NCBI RefSeq assembly: GCF_020745735.1
Contig: NC_083429.1
Span: 16,907,877 to 16,971,876 of the forward strand
DNA length: 64,000 bases
Reading direction: 5' to 3'
DNA from: Hemiscyllium ocellatum
Lineage: Eukaryota
Below, in pieces: positions 13,540 through 24,464 of this stretch. Made by a program: the position numbers and the translations under genes. The notes below the pieces were generated by a model. That model had not been told where the DNA came from, made no database searches, and saw only the letters and a list, made by a program, of their open reading frames with translations. Position 1 is the stretch's first letter. Every line of letters begins with the position of its first letter.

Positions 13540-14130
13540 AATACAGTTTGCTCTCCTTACTTAAGGAGAGATTAAAAATGGGCTGGAAGCAATTCAGAGA
13601 AGGTTATTCACTTTATATCTGGATTGAGCCATGCTGATCTTACAAGGACGGGTTGGGCAGGCTGGGTATGTATCCTCAGGAGTTCAGAAGGATGAGGGGT
13701 GATCTCATTGAAGGATAACAGGTGGTCTTATTGAAACATATATGACCCTGTTTCATCCCAAGGGGGATCCTAATTTCAGCATTTACCCTGGGATTTGACA
13801 GGGTAAGTGCTGAAATTAGGATCCCCCTTGCAAGTGACACTGGGACTTTGGAATTTGGTTTTAAAAATTTAGGAGTCTTCCATTTAAGACAAAGAAGTAG
13901 TTTTTTTTCTGTCTGAGGGTCTTCAATCTTTGGAACTGTCTTCCCCAGAAGGCACTGGAGGCAGGGTCACTGAATATTTAAAAAGCAGAGGGAAGTAGAT
14001 TCTTGACTAACAAGGGAGTCAGAGGTTATCACTTTCTCCTAGTTGAGGCCATAATCAGATAAGCTATGAATGTTTGAATAAGAGCAGACTCGAGAGTAAA
14101 TGACCTACTGACTCCTAATTTTTGTATGTT
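13540..14130 (+). mobile_element. Old CR1 3' fragment
   Basis: ctggaagcaattcagagaagg...gaggggtgatctcattga...CR1 tail. Confidence 0.7.
13759..13830. repeat. Inverted repeat: 32-bp stem, 8-nt loop
   Basis: caagggggatcctaatttcagcatttaccctg-ggatttga-cagggtaagtgctgaaattaggatcccccttg. Confidence 0.95.
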
Positions 14131-14144
14131 TGTAAATGGTATAT

Positions 14145-15328
14145 GAACATAGAACAATACATCACAGAACAGGCCCTTCAGCCCACGATGTTGTGCCGAA
14201 CATTTGTCCTTCTTAAGCACCTATCCATGTACCTATCCAATTGCCACTTAAAGGTCACCAATGACTCTGACTCTGCCACTCCCACAGGCAGCGCATTCCA
14301 TGGCCCCCCACTCTCTGGGTAAAGAACCTACCCCTGACATCCCCTTCTATACCTTCCACCCTTCACCTAAAATTTATGTCCCCTTGTAACACACTGTTGT
14401 ATTTGGGGAAAAAGTCTCTGACTGTCTATCTATTCCCCTGACCATCTTATAAACCTCTATCAAATCACCCCTTGTCCTTCGCCGTTCCAATGAGAAAAGG
14501 CCTAGTACTCGCAACCTATCCTCGCACGACCTATTCTCCATTCCAGGCAACATCCTGGTAAATCTCCTCTGCACCCTCTCCAAAGCTCCACATCTTTCCT
14601 AAAATGAGGTGACCAGAACTGCACACAGTACTCCAAATGTGGCCTTACCAAGGTCCTATACAGTTGCAACATCACCTCACGATTCTTGAATTCAATCCCT
14701 CTGCTAATGAACGCTAATACACCATAGGCTGCCTTACAAGGTCTATCCACCTGAGTGGCAACTTTCAAAGATCTATAAACATAGATCCCAAGATCCCTCT
14801 GCTCCTCCACCTTACTAAGAACCCTACCATTAACCCTGTATCCCGCATTCCTATTTGTCCTTCCAAAATGGACAACCTCACACTTGACAGGGTTGAACTC
14901 CATCTGCCACTCCTCAGCCCAGCTCTGCATCATGTCTAAGTCCCTTTGCAGCCAACAACAGCCCTCCTCACTGTCCACAACTCCACCAATCTTCGTATCA
15001 TCTGCAAATTTATTCACCCACCCTTCGACTCCCTCTTCCAAGTCATTAATAAAACCTACGAACAGCAGAGGACCCAGAACTGATCCCTGCAGAACTCCAC
15101 TTGTAACTGGGCTCCAGGCTGAATATTTACCATCAACCACCACTCTCTGACTTCGGCTGGTTAGCCAGTTCTCTATCCAATTAGCAAAACTTCCCACTAT
15201 CCCATGCCTCCTGACTTTCCACATAAGCCTACCATGGGGAACCTTATCAAATGCCTTACTAAAATCCATGTACACTACATCCACTGCTCTACCCTCATCC
15301 ACATGCTTGGTCACCTCCTCAAAGAATT
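14145..15328 (-). mobile_element. Relatively young 5'-truncated CR1 LINE (RT domain)
   Basis: 270-aa ORF 14502..15314 with VDVVYMDFSKAFDKVPH, GVLQGSVLGPLLF, KFADDTK; frameshifted continuation 14374..14583; ttctatgttc tail. Confidence 0.95.
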
Positions 15329-15464
15329 AAGTAGGGTTTACATTGGAGCAAGTCTCTTATAACAGAAAGTTGCCTCTCTCTTAGGAGGTGCCCTGTTCAG
15401 CCCATTACTGTTACAGGAGGAAGATGAATGTTTTCCTTTTTCATTTTGGCTTCTCTATTCCCAG

Positions 15465-15610
15465 GTCCCGGCAGATTGAATCCGCCTGTTTCAGTGGTAC
15501 TGCTGCCTTTATGGAGGTTCGGATTCAGTCGGTGGTGGTGGAATTTATCTTGAATCACGTGGACATGCTGTTCAGCTCCAAAATCAGCTCAGTAATGCGA
15601 GAAGGAGCAG
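15465..15610 (+). CDS. ARHGAP32: ARHGAP32 coding exon (end of RhoGAP)
   Basis: ctattcccAG/GTaggt; SRQIESACFSGTAAFMEVRIQSVVVEFILNHVDMLFSSKISSVMREGA; the ESACFSGTAAFMEVRIQ string is ARHGAP32-type. Confidence 0.95.
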
Positions 15611-16787
15611 GTAGGTCCCAGTTCATTCCCCGTATTATGGTTCCGGACTCATCACATTGACTGTTCTTGTCTAATATCAATTCGGGATCACAAGACTGTT
15701 GTACTTGCATCCAATCAGGACTGCTGGTTTCTGGTCCTTTCTGCAGAAACAGTCTGCTGAAATGGTTACTACCTTAATTTTTATGAACTTTTCTAACCAG
15801 TAAACCTACTGAAAACCAAATAGAAGAGGATTGCTGGTGCCACCTGCCTGTCATCTACCTGGAACTCATCGATGAAACAACTTACTGTGCCCATTCCTGA
15901 CATTACCACTGTTTCTGTTGGTGAATTTGGCTCTGCTATTGAATGTTTTGGTCTAGATTCTCTGAAGCTGTAACACAAGACAGAAAGTGGTACAAAATAA
16001 AAGTGTGTTTCTCCGCAATTCTATATATCGGCTAGCATTAGCCCTTCAGAGAGAGATTTTGATGATTAGGTGATGCTGTAGTGATTAAGCACAGAGTTTG
16101 TACATTGCAGATGTTTTTAAACAACCTGTTCAACCATATTACTGGAGCAAGTGGGACTTGGACCCCAAGACGACTTGCTTGAGGCTTGAATGCTATCACT
16201 GACCCAAGAGCCTCCACATATTATAAACATCAATTTGCAACTGTCTTTGATCTGTTTCACTGACTGATGGTCAGAATGTGAATTTCTGACTAAATCAGTT
16301 TTTCTGTTTTCTTTTGGAACAATAGTAGTAATCCTTTCCTTTAATTCTTCTCCCCACAAGTTGAAACTGGGAGTTTATGGTGCCTTAGCTCCAATGCAGA
16401 ATAACTTCGATATTTTAGAACATTGTGAAATTCACAATGTTCTATCTTGGAAGGGCCACAACTGTTCACAATTCTGAATTAATTTCCCACTACAAAAGGA
16501 TGGCTAATGAAGGAATCATAATGTAGGGTCGGCCTTCTGCAGATTCCTTGCATCCTTCACAGGATTTAGGAGCGATGAGCTACAAGCTTGGATTCTATTG
16601 AGAGTGACAGGCTAAGGAATAGAATTCTCTCTGGGAGTCAGGAGTGTACATTTTTTTTTAATAATTACAAGGTAGCTCTTGTACCCACCCACCAAACCCT
16701 ATATGGCCAGTTTGTTACAGTAAGATTATAAAAAGTAAAACATTTCGATAGTCATTTACCCTTCTGTTTTTCTATTCTCCTCTTCAG

Positions 16788-16989
16788 GGCATGCATCTCT
16801 GTCTCGGCCGAAGTCCTTGCTGGTGTCATCCCCTTCCACCAAACTACTCACCCTGGAGGAGGCCCAAGCTCGAACACAGGTCCAGATCATCTCCCCTATG
16901 AATTCAGACAGCAAGTACATCGAAGTAGGTGATGGGCCTGCAGCTTTACAGGGCAGGTTCCACACAGTCATCGACTTCCCAATTGACAG
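16788..16989 (+). CDS. ARHGAP32: ARHGAP32 coding exon
   Basis: ctcctcttcAG/GTaaaa; GHASLSRPKSLLVSSPSTKLLTLEEAQARTQVQIISPMNSDSKYIEVGDGPAALQGRFHTVIDFPID(R). Confidence 0.95.
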
Positions 16990-17483
16990 GTAAAACAGAA
17001 TCACCACCTTTTTAGTATGTTTTGTGGCTGTTATCTAGAAATGTATACAGGGCCTTTTCAACCTGCTAAAATGTCATCACATTACAAGCCTAATTGCATT
17101 CTTCTTCCTCTGGGCTGGGGCTATTTACACATTTCATTCCCGGCTCTCCCCCTTTCTGTCTCCCTTTCTACCCACCCCTTCTCCCACTTCTCTAGATCAG
17201 GGAATTGTGGTCATTGTTACTTATTCTTGTCATTTGCCTCTACTTCTCAGAAAACCCTCCACCGAGCTCACATCTTTGACCAAGCTTTTGCTCATGTCTC
17301 TTAATGCCCGTAACCAAGTTTTAGTCTCCAATTTAGTCTGATCCACTTCAGTGATACATCACAGAGCGATTTTCAGTATTAAAAATTTGTATAAATGCAT
17401 GTTGTTGTAATTTGTGGTGTTCTTTGTTTTCAATGCAGGTTGGCACACTGTTTAACAGTGAATCTTTTATTGTTCTTATCCAG

Positions 17484-17629
17484 GAAGAGGACAACCAGCA
17501 AACCCAAGAAATCACCTGTTGGTACTTGGCGCTCTTTCTTCAACCTGGGCAAGTCTTCATCTATAGCCAAGCGGAAACTGCACCGTAATCCCAGTGAACC
17601 AACTCAAATGAAATCCATGGTTTTCACAG
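17484..17629 (+). CDS. ARHGAP32: ARHGAP32 coding exon
   Basis: ttcttatccAG/GTgggt; KRTTSKPKKSPVGTWRSFFNLGKSSSIAKRKLHRNPSEPTQMKSMVFT. Confidence 0.93.
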
Positions 17630-17937
17630 GTGGGTGTTATTGGATTGTTTGGAAAGCATGTGCTTTTCTGTTTCTGAATTTGCCGAGACCCTACGACAGC
17701 GTCTGGTGTAAGAGGCCATTTGTTACAGGCAGGAGGACGCAATGAGTTCTGCCAGGTTGCTCAAGTGAATATCGCCTGATGTCTTTACTGTTCCAGAGCA
17801 TGAGGCATTAACAAGCACTACTGTACAAGGGTTTAAAGTTATAATCTCAGACATTATAGGCTGCATGATTAATAATTATGACTCAGTAAAATCTTCATTC
17901 TCAACATTTCTGATTTTATTTTTTATCATTCTGTCAG

Positions 17938-18009
17938 CAAGGGGTGATTCAGGAACACTTCGGTCTGCTAAAAGTGAAGAATCTCTCTCATCTCTACACA
18001 ATGTTGAAG
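17938..18009 (+). CDS. ARHGAP32: ARHGAP32 small coding exon (72 nt)
   Basis: ttctgtcAG/GTtagt; ARGDSGTLRSAKSEESLSSLHNVE(G) with the conserved TLRSAKSEESL; not in the ORF track, found by reading splice sites. Confidence 0.92.
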
Positions 18010-18245
18010 GTTAGTGCAAAGCAATCATTTTATATTATTTATATTTTGCATATTGCAGTTTGATTGCTACATATTCAAGTATTTGTTTGCAGCCATTGTT
18101 ACAGTGCTCCATATAGCCTGATAGTCCAAAATGCTGCTATCATGATCAGTAAGTGTGTTAAATCACAAAACTGCTCAGTGACGATCACATAACAGAACTA
18201 CCAGACTTCCATCGCATAACTAATGCCCTTGTTATTGAAATTTCA

Positions 18246-18464
18246 GGCAGTGACTGTCATCCCAGTGCTACTTGGACTAGAGGGCAGTGACTGTAATCCC
18301 AGTGTTGCTGGGTTAGCGGGCAGGGACTGTAATCCCAGTGTTGCTGGGTTAGCGGGCAGTGACTGTAATCCCAGTGTTGCTGGGATTGTGGGCAGTGACT
18401 GTAATCCCAGTGTTGCTGGGATTGTGGGCAGTGACTGTAATCCCAGTGTTGCAGGGATTGTGGG
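18246..18464. repeat. Intronic 36-bp minisatellite, 6 copies
   Basis: Unit ggcagtgactgtaatcccagtgttgctggg(ttagcg/attgtg) starts at 18246, 18283, 18319, 18355, 18391 and 18427; no spacers. Confidence 0.95.
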
Positions 18465-19247
18465 TATTTACCATAATTCAGTGGATTAGTAGCCATTGTG
18501 TAGCCTGTGCATTATTTTTTTATGGCTGAACGCTCAACATTTATTCAATAAACTTGTTGATTTTTGCTTTTTAACCGATACTTCTCTCTCATTTGTCAGT
18601 TCAGAATGAGCCATTGTTGGGTTTTTGATAACTCACTGATCTTGCTATATGAATGAATCTGTGCTTCTCACTCAGTAAAATGCTATGATGTTCAATCATG
18701 CAGTTAATTAATCTCGAGAGTTAATTAAACATTTTGCATATTCTTGTGTGCAATATTAGATTTGGCTGCTTGCTTACCAGGTCAAAGGTAAGAATGAACT
18801 AACAATTGTCCTTTTTAGTGTGATCATTCTACCAGATTATTGAAAGATTTGAGGTAAAAATTGTCCCACGTGTATCAGTAAATATGAAACTAGCATCAGT
18901 ATTCTGTAGTTTAATTGAATTAAATAGAAACATTAAAAAGATACATGGAAAAAGAAATCGACAATTTAAAGTGTTGCAGACATGCTGTGTTGACTAGCAA
19001 ATACAGGGGCACAAAACATCTCAATTTCAAAAAATGCTGCTGTGACATAAGAGCTGTTAGCTCAGAGCTGACCTGACTCTCAACAGCATCTACTTTCTAT
19101 GGTTCCACACCATTCCTTGCTTACAAAAATAGGAAATACTTGGCCAGTCACTCTCAATAGAGGTGGAGAGAGAAAGTGAGTTTCAAGTCGATAATGTTTC
19201 TTTGACACTGGAAAATGCTTCAGATTTTCAACAAGAATGAACCCTTC

Positions 19248-19978
19248 TGTTAATTAAACAAAATCCCCAGAAAAGTTCACCTCGCTTTGTAATCTGTTAA
19301 AATAGGAGTGATAGAGAACTCCCAAATTCCACTATTTAAAGAAAATATCTATTTTTTAACTCTGCAAGTAAACATTAAACAACAGCTATTCACAACTCTA
19401 AGCCCCCCCTTTCTTTTAACTGCTTATTACCTGCCTCCAACTGTATAACAATATGCTGTTCCAATAAAACATTATTAAAATTTACATCCACTTAATTTCA
19501 AAACCACACAGCGGCTGTCGTCTTCTGTGACTTCACTCTCTTCTGGCTGCTGAATTCCCTGGATCTTGTCTTTATTTTTACTGTAAGTGTGTTTCATACG
19601 AAAAGGTACCTTTGATAGATACCTAATTTCTTGGGTCTCTTTCGATGGCATTTGCTCTCTGTCCAGTTTTCAAAATGCCTGCATTTTTATATTCCCAACA
19701 TCAGATCATCTCATTGGTTCAATGTTAGCAAAACAATAAATTTAAACTGGATTGGGTTTTAGTATCCTGGGGCATAATTTAAACTGGTTAAATCGGAATT
19801 GCTGTAAAAACAGCAGCCAAAACGCAGATATCCACTTCACAGTCAAATGTTATATATTTTCAATTTTCCAGTACTCACTGGGACTGTCATCTCCTCACAT
19901 AGGTGCTTGTAATCTTTTAGTTCAGAACAGCATTCACTCTCCCTTAAAAGTACAGAGAATGCCTTCAACTTCATAACA
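19248..19978 (-). mobile_element. Probable solo LTR (731 bp)
   Basis: TGTT...AACA termini; on - strand CCAAT boxes (19751-55, 19713-17), TATA (19684-93) and AATAAA (19571-76) in U3-R order. Confidence 0.55.
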
Positions 19979-21258
19979 GAAGCAAGGCAAAAAGTGGTTG
20001 ATGATGGGTCTACAAGATGTGTAAATTGGATAAACAACTCCTCACCAGTAGATGCTGTCAACAAGAAATTAAATGAGGAAAGAAGTTATGACCTTAGATT
20101 GTTGAAAGTACCTTTTTTTTTCTTCCCCCTCCATGCTGTCTCTGAACTTGTTTAAAACCTGCTCCATTTTTACCTTTTTTGAGTTGCGAAAGGTGTCATA
20201 AACTCTGTCTCTCTCTTCACAGGTGTTACTGGACTTGTTCATGACTTTAATATTCCAGCATAAGCAGTATTTTGGTTTTATGAAATACTGTCAGTCTTGG
20301 TTTGCAATTTTCATTTGGTCTCCAGGTTCAAAAGAGTTCCAGATTTTCATTGGACTATAATGTAGTGTTTCTGACATCATGCCTGAATGGCCTAACTTTA
20401 ACTTTGATACTGTGCTCAATTGTTCTTAACTCTCCCATCAATGGAAGTAACTTTTATCAAATCTTATACTTACCTTAGCCACCTCAGTTACATCATCCCT
20501 TAATTTTTTGTAATCAATGTTAATACAACCTGATCCCAGCAACCTGCTTTCCTAAGTTAACCTCATTAACTTCAGTACCATGGACAATTCTGCTCAGCAA
20601 TAGATCAGTGTTCTGACCAGAAGAAAACTTTGCACCCACTTGTGTTTCAGTTTCCTCGACATTTCAATTGATATTTATATCTGCCCACTAGCTTTGTGCT
20701 CACCCTGGATTTATGTTTCTGGATGTCTGCTTTATTTATGTGGCAAGATAAGGTCAAAAATTTAACTCCATTTGATTAACAAGACATTGGTAACTGTTGG
20801 TAAGCAGCAAACAAAACAAAATGATTTTAAACTAACAGGGTGTGTTGGAAATGCAGGGATTTCACTCTCCAAATAAATGAAGAATATCCAATCTTTTCCA
20901 AGTTATTTAGGAACATCGAAACAACTCAGCACTCAGCCCCTCAAGCCTGTTCTGTCATTCAGTGAGATCTTGGCTGATCTGTGGCTTTAGTCCATAGCCC
21001 TTAATGCATTTACTTAACATAATTTTAAATCTGAAATCAAAAAATTTAACAAAATTAAAGTGCAATCTGAGAGCAGGGAACTGCTTACAGAGCCACTTGC
21101 AAGAAAGTTATTGAACAACCTGAGAATGGCATGATATGAAATTCTTTCTGATGCCAAAACAAACGTAACTATTGGAATACTTTTCTACATAGAGTGCTAC
21201 AAGACTTGGTTTGGTTGCTTATTTAGTGGTGAATGATATGCTGTTCGTTCTTTCCTAG

Positions 21259-22521
21259 GAGAATCCAAGGTGTACAGACCTAGAAGGCCTCGGTCTAGCA
21301 GCGATGCTCTCTCTGTTTCTTTCAATGCTGGTGGGCTTCCTGGTCTCAACCACTGTAACTCATATGACAACCTACCCAATGATGAGAGTGAAAGAGAGGA
21401 AGGTGTGCACCCAATGCCTGCACTCTTGTCTTCCAGAATGGAGGATGTAGAACTGAGTCCACCCGATATGGGAGCAGCTAGTTTGGACTTCGATCCAATG
21501 TCATTTCAGTGTAGTCCACCAAGGACAGAACATGCAGGTCCTGACAGCATTTCATCTCCGGTGGATTCTTCAGCCAGTGGCAAAGACAAGTCAAATAGCA
21601 GCAAGAAGGAATCAGATTTGGGTAGTGCCTGCCTTACCCCTGGTAGTGCTACTAGTTCTGAACCAGTATCTCATTCCCCTGATAAGCTGATAAGTCCCTT
21701 CTTCTCTCCAGATCTAAGTCCCACTGATGAGAAGCTTGCTAAACCAACTTCTTTTGCAGAAAAGGTAGTTCATGCTTTCTCCCCAAAAATTGGACGCAAG
21801 TCACCCAAGTCTCCTCTGTTGACCATCTCTGAACCAATGACCATTTCTGTACCAACCCGAGTATCTGAAATGATTGGCAGTATGGCAACTGTTTCACTGG
21901 GTTCATCGCCACCTCAGACAAATCCAGCAGGGAGTGGCAATGTGAGCAAGTCACCTCCTCAAATGATGTCAATGCTGCTGAAAACTAGCGACATGCAACT
22001 ACCTGAGGGATGTCGTCAGGAGATCCACACCAAGCTTTCTGCTGCAGGGTCAGAGGCCAGAGAGCAAATCCCTGATTGGCATGATCAGACCTCTCACTAC
22101 AAGGCTATCGCGACTACCCAATCACAAGCAGCGTCAAAGTGGGAAAGCTCAAACTGGCATGAACTGACCAACCAAAACAAGACTACATCATCTACCGGTT
22201 CACAAATTGGGACTCCAGGTCAAAGTCCAGACTGGTATGAACTGACCGATCAAAACAAAACTGCACCACCCACCAATTCACAAGCTGGAATTAAAGGGCA
22301 AAGTTCAAACTGGCATGAACTGACCAATCAAAACAAGACTACACCATCTACCAATTTACAAATAGGGGCACCAGGACAAATCTTAGATTGGCATGAACTC
22401 ACCAATCAAAACAAGACTACATCATTTGCCCATTCACAATCGGAGGCAAAAGGACAAAGTCCAGACTGGCATGAACTGACCAATCAAAACAAAACAATAC
22501 CATCCACCCATTCACAAACAG
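21259..22521 (+). CDS. ARHGAP32: ARHGAP32 large coding exon (Ser/Pro-rich, contains 26-aa tandem repeat)
   Basis: tttcctAG/GTgagt; ESKVYRPRRPRSSSDALS...SYDNLP...LSPPDMGAASLDFDPMSFQCSPP...FAEKVVHAFSPKIGRK; within ORF 21270..22532. Confidence 0.93.
22065..22521 (+). repeat. In-frame 78-nt (26-aa) coding tandem repeat, about 6 units
   Basis: TGG (Trp) codons at 22077, 22155, 22233, 22311, 22389 and 22467, an exact 78-nt period; consensus S[P/S][D/N]WHELTNQNKTTPSTNSQ..xxGQ. Confidence 0.95.
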
Positions 22522-22852
22522 GTGAGTGTTGAAGCATGGTTATTACACTAGATAAGGTTCATTGGAAAAGGATCACAGAGCAAGCTACATTTCAGCTCAA
22601 ATATTGGTTGAGTTGAAAGGAATAAGTTGCAACTGGCATCTTTCAACTCTACTGTTTAGTGATAACTTCTGTCAAAGGTAATCTATTTTCACCAAAACTC
22701 AGAATACAAATCTCTGTTCTAATTTTTCTAGTATAAGTGTTTGGTCCTCAATGCTGTGAGTCATTACAATGAGAAGAAAGCCTCACATTCAGGTTTTAAA
22801 CCTCTTCTTTGGGTGTTGCACAGAGTGACTGATGTCAAGGCGGCAACAATGA

Positions 22853-23420
22853 ATATAAGACCATGAGACATAGGAACAGAAATTAGGCCATTCAGCCCAT
22901 TGAGTCTGCTCTGCCATTCAATCATGGCTAATAGGTGTCTCAACCCTATTCGCCCACTTTCTCCCCATAACCCTAGATCCCCTTGATAATCAAGAACCTA
23001 TCAATCTCCATCTTAAATATACTCAATGACCTGGCTCTCTCAGCCTTCTGTGGCAATGAATTCCATAGATTCATGACTTTCTGATGGAAGATGTTTCTCC
23101 TTTTCTCCATTTTAAAAGGTCTTCCCTTTACTCTAAGGCCACGTCTTTTTGTCCTAGGCTCTCCTACCAATGAAACATCTTTCCAACATTACTCTGTCCA
23201 GACCATTCAGTATTCTGTGCGTTTCAGTTAGATCCCTCTTCATCCTTCTAAACTCCATTGAGTATAGATCCAGAGTTCTCAAATGTTCCTCATACATTAA
23301 GCTTTTCATTCCTGGCACCATTCTCATGAACCTCCTCTGAACATGCTCCAGGGCCAATATATCCTTCCTGAGTTATGGAGCCCAGAACTGTGTACAATAC
23401 TCTAACTGTGGTCTGACCAT
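22853..23420 (-). mobile_element. CR1 3' fragment
   Basis: ORFs 23154..23357 (LEHVQRRF) and 22973..23170 (LWNSLP). Confidence 0.85.
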
Positions 23421-24464
23421 ATATGATTAAAAGGATGTGCTGTTTGCCAAAAGGAGTTTGCCAAACAAAACATGAACAGGTGCTTGACTATCTAACAAAT
23501 AATTATACATTTTCCTTTTACTTTTACCTCTTCCTCGCACACACACACACACCTTTGCAGTAATTTGTGCTGGACTATTATTTCATAATTAATGCAAGCA
23601 TTTTGGTACCACCTTGGCCCATTACAGTCCATGCATCCAAGTGCTGTTAGGGACAGTGTTCTAGAGTTTGAAGCCTGTGACATGAAAGGCAGTATCATTC
23701 ATAGGGTGGTGTGAGACTTGGAGGAAAACTTCCAGCTCATGGTGTCAACAATAATAACTTGCATGGTTTAATTCATCAATTATTTTCCTCACTTCTAACC
23801 TTATGACAGGGAGCAACTGAAGATAGTTGGGCCCTGAACAATTCTGCAGTGGTACCCTGGGACTGAGATGATTCACCTCCAACAAGCACAATCATTTTCT
23901 TTGTAGTTGATGTGACTGCAGCCAATAGAGAGTTTTCCTTGACTCCCATTGACTTAAAGGGTGTCTTCATGCCACATTCAATCAAATCCTGATTTGATGT
24001 CAAGGACTGGCACTGTCTCCCACCTCTGGCATTCAGTTTCTTTGTCCATGTGTCAGGAGCTTACAGTGGGGTAAGGAGTCACATGACTGGTGGACCCTAA
24101 GCCAAGTGTCAGTGAACAGTATTGAGTAAGTGCCACATAATAATACCATTGATAGTGCAAGAAAATTAAACCTAAAGGAGAGGGAGCAATTAAAATTCAC
24201 TGGGATGAAGGCAAGCATGAGACATTAGCATTATAAATAAGGGCTTGGAAAATATTGTGCCCAGAACATTCAGGGAAACGTAAACAATGGTTTCTGAATC
24301 GTGAATAATACTGCTAGAGTAAATTGTGAATCAATTTCAAGATTTTCACTAGAAAATTAAAGTTCGTCATGCAAGGGTTTTAGGAGAAGAAATGTTTTGC
24401 CATAAAGGATCAAAATTTAAATCATCATTTAAAATAGAATTGAACAAAGTGAAATGTAAGAAAG

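Noticed and set aside
14374-15314. Functional reverse transcriptase gene
   Set aside because: 5'-truncated CR1 copy with no ORF1/endonuclease and a frameshift near the 3' end
18246-18464. CRISPR-like 36-bp palindromic repeats
   Set aside because: Units are head-to-tail with no unique spacers, there are no cas genes, and it is a vertebrate intron. The ctgtaatcccag similarity to Alu/7SL is too short to be meaningful.
22140-22500. Repeated NKT N-glycosylation sequons in the 26-aa repeat
   Set aside because: ARHGAP32 is cytosolic with no signal peptide or TM segment here, so the sequons are unlikely to be used
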